In this document: positions 1 to 9,772 of the stretch, piece by piece
How the letters are laid out: each line of letters opens with the position of its first letter
Numbering within the stretch: the stretch's first letter is position 1
Assembly: GCA_002269645.1 (NCBI GenBank)
Contig: NIVC01001018.1
Coordinates: 62,001 to 126,000, forward strand
Reading direction: 5' to 3'
Source: Macrostomum lignano
Taxonomy: Eukaryota
Length of the DNA stretch: 64,000 nt
Position numbers and translations under genes: made by a program
The notes under the pieces: generated by a model
Database searches by the model: none
What the model was told of the DNA's origin: nothing
The model's input: the letters and a program-made list of their open reading frames with translations, nothing else

Positions 1-180
1 ATTCTGCTCATTAAATTGCCTGCCCATGGTGCCATAGGCAGGCAATTGTTTCTCAATATCCTATTGAGAAAGGCAATTGTTTAATTGCCTTTTGGCAAAT
101 AAACAGGCAATTGTTAATCAATAGTGAATATTACATCTAATCCTATAGAAGTGTGTGAAGCCACTAAGTCCTAGCAGTAT

Positions 181-578
181 GGCAAGCTAAGCTGTGGCAT
201 CCTGTTTCAGCATGACAATGCTAGGCCATATACCAGCTAAGAAATAATGGCTGCCATTTCGGACCTGGGCTTTGAGGTGCTGCCACACCTACCTTACTCG
301 CTGGACCTTGCACCCAGTGACTTCTGGCTATTCAAGAAGATGAAAACCCAAGGTTGCAAATATAATTTTCTATAGACTCTGTCATCACTATCAGCCAATA
401 GTTAGGGGGTCTCCTGCCAATTTCTATGCTACTGGCATTGAGAAGTTGCCTGAGAGATGGTATAAGTACATAAGTCTCAAGGGTGCCTACATTGAGAAGC
501 AAGAAAACTAGCATTACATTTGATCAATCCATTAATCAATTAGACATATTTGATTAAGGACTTTCCAAACAACTCTCA
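181..578 (+). pseudogene. Mariner (D34D) transposase C-terminal relic with right TIR
   Basis: The frame from 181 reads GKLSCGILFQHDNARPYTS*EIMAAISDLGFEVLPHLPYSLDLAPSDFWLF, with exactly 34 residues between the HD and final D of DLAPSD. Further on is GIEKLPERWYKYISLKGAYIEK, the mariner C-terminal motif. In-frame stops are present. The TIR-like end aaggactttccaaacaactctca|ta (556-580) resembles the TACGAGGGTTGTCC mariner ends seen at 25934. Confidence 0.9.
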
Positions 579-2743
579 TATTTTATATTTTATTTCATTG
601 ATGATTTAAATAAATTCTTTCTAGTAAATACATATCTATTGTAGCTATTAGCTAAATATATAGCTATATATTGTAGCTATATTGTAGCTAAATATTGTAG
701 CTATTAGCATTGATATATTATACAATGTCTATATCAGTTTTTACATTTTCCATATAGCTAATATACCTAGTTTTCTAAAATAAAAAACAGGCTAGTTTAC
801 CTTACCAAAACAGATAATGCTTTCATTATTAGATAAATAAAAAAAGTATTGTAGAGTACTTATCATGGTTTCAGTTGTTTGCTAAATAGACAAAAAGCCT
901 TTTTCTTCTAAAACTATTTGTTTGCTAGGAAATAAGGGTAGGGATAGGAGTGGGGTGGCATGGAGAATATGGTGGAGAGCTGCTTAACAATGTCACTGTT
1001 GATACTATTAAAACACTATGGATTCCATCATTTTAAGAAACTATTTCATAATATATATGTAAAATTTATAGAAAGAATAATAAGCTTGATTAGAAACTAG
1101 TATTGAGTATTCTGGTTTAACTTTAAACATATCAAAGATACTTTTTATAAAACATGTAAGCTCATACATGCAGAGGCAAGGGCAAAATTTGTTAAGCTCA
1201 AAAATTTCGATTTTGATTTTAATTTCGATTTTGATTATAAGGAACCAAAAATTTCGATTTTGATTTCAATTTGAAAAATAATTTCGATCCATCACTACCC
1301 ATACCCTTGGCTTCCATAAAGCTAGCCTCCCACTCCACCTTACCCACACCCCTGCCTTGCCTCGACTTTGCTCACCTGTACACAGATCTTTTTTGTATGT
1401 TAAGGGCAAGGCGATGACAACCAGACACAAATTTCTTGCCTATATCACTATATATATGTATCAAAAAAATCTTTTTCCAGTAGCTATAATTGCTGCCCTC
1501 CTAGAGATTCAGTGTTAACTACTCATTTCTCTTATAAAAATACAAAAAAATTCTGTTTGGATAAGAAAATTAAATAAAAAAAATAAAACTAAAAAGTCCA
1601 TCCAATTAGGACTCAAACCTCTGTACACGCAATTACAAGGTGTGTGTATGTATTAAAGGATTTTAAAGATAGAAATTTTAAAGAAGTAACTGGTGATTGA
1701 TTCAGACAAAGAAACAGTTATAAGAAGCCAAAAAACAAAGACGCTGTGCATTTAAGCACTGTCTGTCGAGTCAACATATCATTATCAATTCATGCATGAA
1801 ATTAAATTTAAGAAAATCGGAGAATTTTGGACTTTGAATAACATATTTATAATATAACAGTAAAGCAAAATAAACAAACAACATTATTTATTTAGGCATT
1901 TTAACTTTCTCACAAATAAATTTTACTTTGTAAACATATTTTTGCAGCATAATGTTTTTTAAAGCTAATGTTTAATTTGCCTTTACATTGGCGTCTATTA
2001 AAGTTCAACTGAAGTAATATGCTTGATTTTCGAGGGTGATTTTGAGCTTGATTGATTTTGATAAGAAAAAGTAGTTTCTATAGCAGAATTTACTTGTGAC
2101 TCATTATTTTTAATATATTGAAAATATTATACATGAATTCTTTTTAGGCAGTAATTAGATTAGAAATTTTACGTTAAAAGTAATGACTTTTCTGGAAAAA
2201 AAATTCGAGCTAATGATGTGTGACTGGTAACAAAACATTTTATTTGGATGAATTCCTTGGTTGATATAAAAGATTCCAGAAAAATTGTCTATTCGTTTTC
2301 TATTAAGCACTGATCGATATATAATTTTAAGCATACATATATTTCACTTTTTGTTTTGGTGGGAGAAAAGTTCCCCACCAAAAGAGATTGAGAAAATGTA
2401 GCATTTTTAGCTTGTACGCATTTCTCTTATGCATACTAAGACATCTTAATGTTATTTTTGCGGTGTAAATTTTTCTCATATTTCCTCCGTCATCATATTG
2501 ACAGTTCTAGTAGATTTAGATAAATTTCAAGTTATCATGGTGTAAATTTTTAATGGGTTCAGAGTTTATATGTTGATTTTTGTAGTGAAGTTACAATTGC
2601 TTTGTATTATTCTATTTTAACAGCTTGTCAATTATACACTCTTGTTTAATTTATAGTAAAATATTAAGTTAAAAGGCAACGAAGCATGTACTTGTTTTAA
2701 TAAAATGAAAAATCTATACCTGCCTTAATGCTTGGCTGGCAGC

Positions 2744-4615
2744 ATGTCTAAAGAGATTGTTCGAGCTGTATCCAGGCAGCTGGACCACTATCTACGAGTG
2801 CAGAGACTGGAGGATTCATTTGATCTGTCAGGCGCTGGCCAGCCAATTGTCAATCATCCGAAGCTGCGCGAGCTGACGTTAATCAACACCCTGTCGCGGC
2901 ATGACAGACCCTTGAAACACGAATTCAGCAGCAGCCAGATGCGAGTTAAGCTGCGACACATGCATCCGCGCGAGGATCAGGAGGGCGGCAGAGCCGGCAG
3001 CAGCGGGCGCCGCCGGCCTACAAAACTGGAACGGTCTTACACACGCCAGCTAGAGAGCTACCTTAGCCCGCCTCGGCCGCGGCCTCGTTCTGCGGCGGCC
3101 TCGTTTGCAGCCGGCGGCCACAGCGGCGGCAGCGGAGGTCTCGGATGTCCACCAGTGCCGCTGCGCTCGGCGCCGCCGATTCCGTGCAGCCGTCGGGAGC
3201 GACGCCAGCTGGTGCGTCGCAGCGGAAAAATTCTCGGCTATTTGGCCTCGCCTCATCGCGACAAAAACGGCGGCGGCGGCGGCGCCAGTGCCGGAGCAGA
3301 TCGAGCCGAAGACGCTCGCCCGTTGAACGAGATGATCGAGGAACGAGTTCAACGCGAAGTCCGGCGCGGCAGGCGCAGCAGGCGCCACCGACGCGCGAGC
3401 AGCGCTGACGGGCATGATTCGTCTCTGCCTCCGTCCCAAAAGCTGGCGTCGCCAGAGCCGCCGCAAGAAGCCGGGGCCAGCAAAAGGGAGGCCAAGCGGA
3501 GTCCCCGCTCGGAACCGCAGGTTGTTTACCCGCTGCGCACCTACTCGGTGACGTCCTGCCAGGGCACGCAGACCAGCAGCGAATATGACCAGTCGGCTGG
3601 CCCGGCTCCCGGGCCCCGGTGCCACGCCTACATTCTGTATGTGACCACCGGCGACCGGATCGGGGCGGGCACCAACGCGACCGTCTCCGCGGTGCTGTAC
3701 GGCGAGCTCGGCAGCTCCGGCCTGAGGCCGATCCCGCTGGCCAACAGTCTGACGCACAAGCGGCCGTTCAGGCGCGGTCGAACGGACAAATTCGTGTTGG
3801 AAAATCTGCCCGACCTGGGCGGCCTGCGGCGTCTGCGTGTCGGGCACGCATCCGACGCTTTAAATCACTGGTACCTGCACTCGGCGACGGTCGTCTGCCC
3901 TAGCGGCAACCGATGGTTCTTTCCCTGCAGGCAGTGGCTCAGCGACAAGTCGCCTGATGGCCTGTCGACGAGGACTCTCAACGTTGAGCTGGTGGGCAGC
4001 GGCGTCGGCGGAGGCAACAGCGGCGAGACTGATGTGGAGGCGCCCTCCCCAGCGGATCTGCTTCCAGCTCCGGGAGATGATGACAGACGCAGCAACGGTG
4101 GCAACCACGACAACGAAGACGACAGCAATGATGCTGAAGATGGAGACAAGTTCAGCAGCGACAGCGACATCGATGAAGGCGACGGCTTAGCTCAGGTGTC
4201 GTTCCGGCATCCGAACCCCGGCGGATCGATCCCGACGAGCAGCGACAGCTCCGACAATGAAGACAATAACGAGCGGCGTCGGCGGCGGCGTCGTCAGCGC
4301 GGCCAGGCTTCGTCGGAGGCGACGCCAACTGCGGCGACCAAATCGTCAGCGTCTAGTGGCCGACGACCACCGGCATCGATGGAGTCATCGTCCTCGGTGG
4401 CGTCGACGGCCACGAAGTCATCTAAATCGTCAGTGGCACAGCCAGCCGCCGTCAAGCACAGCAGATGGCGGGGCGGCGTCGGTGGCGGCGGCTTTGTTGG
4501 TAGCGACGGCGACTCGGACAACAGCGGCGACAGCGACACGCTGGAAGAGTCGTCGGCTTCGAGCACCGGCCGAATATCGCCAGACGCCAGTCACCTGCTA
4601 CTGGATGTTCGCTGA
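2744..4615 (+). CDS. Intronless PLAT/LH2-domain protein with uncharacterised N-terminal module and acidic/Ser-rich tail
   Basis: A 623-codon GC-rich ORF from ATG 2744. Positions ~3626-3990 encode YILYVTTGDRIGAGTNATVSAVLYGELGSSG...FRRGRTDKFVLENLPDLGGLRRLRVGH...WYLHSATVVCPSGNRWFFPCRQWLS, a textbook PLAT/LH2 domain (lipoxygenase/polycystin/LOXHD1 type). The N-terminus is paralogous to the ORF at 6065. Confidence 0.85.
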   Translation: MSKEIVRAVSRQLDHYLRVQRLEDSFDLSGAGQPIVNHPKLRELTLINTLSRHDRPLKHEFSSSQMRVKLRHMHPREDQEGGRAGSSGRRRPTKLERSYTRQLESYLSPPRPRPRSAAASFAAGGHSGGSGGLGCPPVPLRSAPPIPCSRRERRQLVRRSGKILGYLASPHRDKNGGGGGASAGADRAEDARPLNEMIEERVQREVRRGRRSRRHRRASSADGHDSSLPPSQKLASPEPPQEAGASKREAKRSPRSEPQVVYPLRTYSVTSCQGTQTSSEYDQSAGPAPGPRCHAYILYVTTGDRIGAGTNATVSAVLYGELGSSGLRPIPLANSLTHKRPFRRGRTDKFVLENLPDLGGLRRLRVGHASDALNHWYLHSATVVCPSGNRWFFPCRQWLSDKSPDGLSTRTLNVELVGSGVGGGNSGETDVEAPSPADLLPAPGDDDRRSNGGNHDNEDDSNDAEDGDKFSSDSDIDEGDGLAQVSFRHPNPGGSIPTSSDSSDNEDNNERRRRRRRQRGQASSEATPTAATKSSASSGRRPPASMESSSSVASTATKSSKSSVAQPAAVKHSRWRGGVGGGGFVGSDGDSDNSGDSDTLEESSASSTGRISPDASHLLLDVR

Positions 4616-4902
4616 ATTATTTTTTGTTATAATGAGTTGATTTCTTCGTAAATTTTTTTCTTGCTGACGGATTTTGTAACTTTTCCAGCTCTTTTTAGCA
4701 TGCTTATTTCCTTTGCTTTTGATGAACAAATTTATAGCTCGTAGAGCTGAATCAGATTTTAACAACGCCTCTTTAGATAAGGTTTTGAACTGTCTATAGA
4801 TCAAGGTTCTTATTATTGATTCTATTAGTCAAGTTGATGGTTAAGCTGATCGAGTGGAGAGTCCCCAATCTCTGAGACAGCAGCCACTTGCCACAGAACT
4901 GC

Positions 4903-5124
4903 ACTCGGCCATAGACAATACTCGGCCATAGACAATACTCGGCCATAGACAATACTCGGCCATAGACAATACTCGGCCATAGACAATACTCGGCCATAGA
5001 CAATACTCGGCCATAGACAATACTCGGCCATAGACAATACTCGGCCATAGACAATACTCGGCTAAGGACAATACTCGGCCATAGACAATGCTCGGCCATA
5101 GACAATACTCGGTCATAGACAATA
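4903..5124. repeat. 17-bp minisatellite (CTCGGCCATAGACAATA), ~13 copies
   Basis: Directly visible 17-nt period. Confidence 0.95.
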
Positions 5125-6064
5125 AAACAACTCTGCCATGTACGAGCTACAAATGGTTATTTTAAACGTTGCTATGGTCTGTTGATTTTCTTTGATACAA
5201 TTTATTTAGTTTTTTTAGATTCAACTCTGGTATTTTTTAAGATTACACTTCGCCGCCTCACTTGATTACCGCTTTGCTAGATATTTTAGCCAGAAATTTG
5301 AATGCAATGAATATTTGGTCTCGACAGACGCTCAATATTCTCAAGCCGGAACTGATGTAAAATGCAGGCATTCTTTAGTTTGCTTTTGTAAAAATTCACG
5401 AAAACCAAAGAGCTTGTCAAAGTGCTTTTTCTTCCTAAAAATGTTTGTATCAATAAAAAATCACGATTAATTTAGTGAAGTTTTTAAAAATTACCGTGAC
5501 GTTTTTCTCGAACCCTCAACTCTAAGCATTGTTTTAGATTATAATTTTCCTTTGTTTTCCACTGATTTTTGTCTAAATATTTTTGCGACTAAAATAAGTA
5601 CTGAAGTATTTGGTATTTTATAATCACAGTTATTGGCAAACCATGGCGCGTCTTCACAGAGTTTTTGTTTTTTTGTATTTTTGTTCCAACAGATGTTCAA
5701 TTTTATTGCACTGCTGACCGAATCTGCTCACTGCCAAGGCTTTTATTACTTGTTGATGCTGCTGATATATTATTTTTGTTTTACATACCCACCTAGCAAC
5801 TGTTTTTTACTCTTGAATTGCTTGAAAAGATTAATAGATAAAAATTTATCTATAAATACATATGAAATAGATATAGATGTTCACCCAAGTAGGCCTAGCT
5901 AATGCCTTCGCGTATAATTATTTATTTAAACAAAAAAGATGCTCATTCGTTTCAATTGAGGCCTACTGATGTTTCAACTAATAAGATGTTTGAGTTTAAT
6001 CGCTCCTTAATTTTTATCACTTCCAGTCGGCGGCTGCTGGCTTCAAAGACACGCAAAGTACACA

Positions 6065-6736
6065 ATGTCCGACGAAATGGTTCGAGCGGTGGCTCGATCT
6101 CTCGATCTCTATCTGAGAGTCAGGCGACTGGAAGAGGGCTTCGACCTCTCCAGCGTCGGCGCTGTAGGCGTCACCGGCGGCGGCGGCGGCGGCTACGGGT
6201 CCGTCATCAGCTCCCGGCGCCTGCACGACAAGCCGGTGAAGATGCAGTTCCGCAATCCGCTGACCAGGTGCCAAGTCGAAAGCATGTCGGGCGCTCTGTC
6301 CGGCCAGCGGGCGAATAATTCGACGGAAAAATCGAAAACTTCATCGTCGAGCAGGTCGCGTTCAGCCGTTCGACTGCGCCATCGACTGGACATCGTCGAG
6401 GCGACAACGGCGCTGACAACGCCGAGACGAACGCGCGGTCGGGTGCATCATCGCCAACGACAGCGAATGTCGACACGCGGCGGCGAAGACAACGACGACG
6501 AGAATCAGCGAAACCGTCTGATTGACAACGCGAGCGCCATTCTGGACCTGCTGGCGCCGTCAGCCAGGCCGGGCGCTGAGCATCGCGCTGAGCATCGCGG
6601 TCGTCGAGTTGATCGCGACGCTGAAACAAGAGAAGAAGATTCAGAGCAAGAAGAAAATGACAAAGAAGGACAAAAGTTGTTGAACAGCAGACGGCGCCTG
6701 TCAATTGAACTGCCCACGGGCTCCTATGGCAACTGA
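6065..6736 (+). CDS. Uncharacterised 223-aa protein, paralogue of the N-terminus of the 2744 ORF
   Basis: GC-rich ORF. MSDEMVRAVARSLDLYLRVRRLEEGFDLS matches MSKEIVRAVSRQLDHYLRVQRLEDSFDLS at 21 of 29 positions, and both share an HD[KR]P[VL]KxxF motif. A polypyrimidine-CAG acceptor lies at 6025-6026, just upstream. Confidence 0.75.
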   Translation: MSDEMVRAVARSLDLYLRVRRLEEGFDLSSVGAVGVTGGGGGGYGSVISSRRLHDKPVKMQFRNPLTRCQVESMSGALSGQRANNSTEKSKTSSSSRSRSAVRLRHRLDIVEATTALTTPRRTRGRVHHRQRQRMSTRGGEDNDDENQRNRLIDNASAILDLLAPSARPGAEHRAEHRGRRVDRDAETREEDSEQEENDKEGQKLLNSRRRLSIELPTGSYGN

Positions 6737-7478
6737 GTTGCACTTAAATTGAATTTCTATCAGTTTTTTAGACTTTTACTGGATTAGGCCGGCGAGGGAT
6801 CGAAGAATATTGGTTTGTACTTTAATACTCTTTTCCCTTGAACTGTTTGCTCCGATAACAAACGCTTGGTCCACCTAGAATTTCACGAGAGAAGAAAGAC
6901 TTTGCATGAAATTTTCTGAGCAAGCAATCAAGTAAAATTGTTGGAGCGCGTCCTTGCCTTAACGAATTAATGATTGATTCAATCAGTCCAGAATTGGCTT
7001 TTAATTTCCCGGAAAATCAATTTCAATTTTTTGTTCGTTTTGTTTATTTACCAGTTCTTAACGTTTTTTTCACACTCGTAATTTTTATAATAAAAACATC
7101 ACTTTTAAAATTTTTCTTAACTCACTATATGATACATGTATATTCACTGTGTGCAATAGTTATAATCACAGTTTTATTCACAGCTTCTGTTGCCTTTTGT
7201 ATTTTTTGGTTGTGTTTCCTTTCAAATAATTTTTCGTTTCTGCCCTTTTTCTTGTTTGACAATCTTTTATGGTTTGACGTAAATAAAACTGCTCTGAGAT
7301 TGTAAGGCCTTTAATTTTTTGTTTTAAAAAAATTGATTTAAACAAATATTTTCTGGAAAGTTTCGCTTCTCCTTTGTTTCTTATTTAAAATATTTCTAGG
7401 CAGAAATTTTGCACTGAGTTTTAACAAATTAGAAAGCATGAAATTTTATTCCCAAATTTCCCAACAAATTCAGAATCA

Positions 7479-8991
7479 ATGATGGCTGCATCAGTGAAGC
7501 TGAGATCCAGCTGCTCCAGTTCCAGTCGGGCCAGTCGAATTCAAAAGCGTAGGTTTCTACTTGCGGCTGTAGTTCAGTAGTGTAGAGCGAATATATATTT
7601 TCCGCTAGATTACTGTCAAATTTTCATTAAAATCTCAGATCCTGAGCACCAGTCGGCTCTGTCTCTGGTAGCTGACGAAGCCGAACGCTTGGCAAAGGAC
7701 ATCGAGTTGCTGAGGCTCAGGTGCCAGCGGTCACTGCATAGCAGGTTCGAATTTCTTGCTCATTTTTGCTGGATTATTAAGTTTAAAATTATTGAAAATA
7801 GCAGAAAAACGGTTGCTAATTTAATGAGTTTTATGGCTATAAAACAGTTTGTAAATCAAATAGCTTTAGGACTTCAAGAAATGACTTAATCACCTAGTGA
7901 CAGTCGAGGATAAGGGACTTAATGACCCACTGACAATATAGGATAAGGGATTTAATGACCCACTGACAATAAAGGATAAGGGACTTAATGACCCACTGAC
8001 AATATAGGATAAGGGACTTAATGACCCACTGACAATATAGGATAAGGGACTTAATGACCCACTGACAATATAGGATAAGGGACTTAATGACCCACTGACA
8101 ATATAGGATAAGGGACTTAATGACCCACTGACAATATAGGATAAGGGACTTTATGACAGTCTAAAGGCGCAAGTGCAGTTACAGTGGCTGGCTGCACACA
8201 GCAGAGCCGGTGAGTGGATAGAGAGAAAAGAAGTGGCAAGAAAATAATGAATGCCTGAGCCAAAAAAATGGGATGATGAGGAGCAGATGAAGCTGGATGG
8301 GGGACCGATGGGCGCATCTACAGGTTGGAGGACTCAACCTGGCTTCCCCATCGCCGCCCGCCCCTTCCCCATCTGGCTGCTGCGGCAATGAAAGTTAATA
8401 AACAGAGTGCAAGATGTGAATAAAAACTGCCATACGGCTGCGTAGAGAGGGGGAGAGAGAGGAGGGCCCGGCAAGCCGCCTCAGGTCCAGCAAAACTACA
8501 GTAAAAGAGGGTTTGGGCAGCAGCAGAGTTGGCTCAACCCCCCCCCCCTCGCCACATCGATCCGGCAAATTGTTGCTTGAATAGCTGCACTGCTTTTGCA
8601 GTTGAAGAAGAAGACACCCGTAGATTAAGACAAAAAACATTCAGAGCGGCTGTTGAGGCAGCAGATGGCAACGGAGAGAGCTGACAGCGGACCTCAGCTG
8701 AACATCAGCCTCATGGTGCGCTCTGTTCAGCGCCGGCACCAGCTGCTGCGAGAGCAGGCGGACCAGCAGCGGCGGCCTGGGTTGCCTCCGCGGGAGGACA
8801 GCGGTGGACTGGCTGGATTGGCCGATGAAGAGGAAACTGAAAATGATGAGGCTGCCACTCGGCGGATGGAGGAAGCTGGGGCTTCTATTGATCAGCTGCG
8901 GCGGGGAATCCGAGCGCTGATGCGCCAGCAGCAACAGATGCGGGAAGCTGCGGCTGCCGCCATGGCTACCGGGCCTGAGCTGCTCTGGTGA
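7479..8991 (+). CDS. Tentative 5-exon gene encoding an unknown helical/coiled-coil protein (~210 aa)
   Basis: Phase-compatible GT-AG model built by hand: 7479-7548, 7639-7744, 8167-8209, 8446-8500, 8645-8991, giving MMAASVKLR...[25 protein letters not shown]...[36 protein letters not shown]. The fourth exon could alternatively be 8260-8323. No family was recognised. Confidence 0.45.
7909..8158. repeat. 33-bp intronic minisatellite (GGATAAGGGACTTAATGACCCACTGACAATATA), ~7 copies
   Basis: Visible 33-nt period, ending just before the acceptor at 8165-8166. Confidence 0.95.
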
Positions 8992-9034
8992 GCCGTCTAG
9001 GACACCGCGTCTGACCATCTGACCATCCGAACCC

Positions 9035-9277
9035 CCATCCACCCATCCATCCATCCATCCATCCATCCATCCATCCACCCATCCATCCACCCATCCATCC
9101 ATCCACCCATCCATCCATCCATCCATCCATCCACCCATCCATCCATCCATCCATCCATCCACCCATCCATCCATCCACCCATCCATCCGCCCATCCACCC
9201 ATCCATCCACACAACCATACATCCATCCACCCATCCACTCATCCATCCACCCATCCATCCACCCATCCATCCACCCA
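9035..9277. repeat. (CCAT)n microsatellite
   Basis: Direct. Confidence 0.95.
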
Positions 9278-9772
9278 TTTACCCTTTCACCCATCCCGCC
9301 CATCACCTTATTTTAATGAGCTCAGCCCTGCCGTGCCCCTATAGGCAGGCAGTCTGAGCACTAATTAAACTAGATAATACCTGTCGGTTCGGAAAATTTG
9401 AGACAATATCTAAGCAGCTAGACAGGAGTTGGCCAATGCACTTCGGGTACAACTTTACAGCTCTCCCCTCAGCCCAGGTGTTATTGGTTAGGTAACTAGA
9501 AATTAACAGTCAAAGGCTGTCCTACCCTAACCCGCCATTGCCATGTCCAATGAGCCATTGTATTGAGAACCTGCTCAGGTAATCCGCACAGGGAGGAGAA
9601 AAAACACTAGTACAGTATGGCATTAATAATTGATGCATCTGGGAGAACTCATGCGCAACATAGAGAGTTCGGCGTTCTTATAGAAATTTAGCTCTCGCGC
9701 ATAATCTCGCACTTGTCCCAAAAAATTGTCTCAACCTTGCAACTCCAAAAAGTCTTGTTTGGTGGTGGGGCA

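Noticed and set aside
1-120. GGCAATT-rich hairpins at the window start, and TTCGATTTTGATT repeats ending in ccatcacta (1205-1295)
   Set aside because: Probably single ends of DNA transposons, but no partner TIR or TSD is visible, so they were not called.
3050-4566. Antisense and alternate-frame ORFs over GC-rich exons (also within 16154-21939 and 49846-59902)
   Set aside because: They are shadow ORFs caused by GC-rich codon usage; the domain motifs are all in the called frames.
2744-4615. Intronless GC-rich ORF as bacterial contamination or horizontal transfer
   Set aside because: Its composition, poly-Gly/Ser/Arg runs and codon style match the spliced host exons in the window, and PLAT is a common eukaryotic domain.
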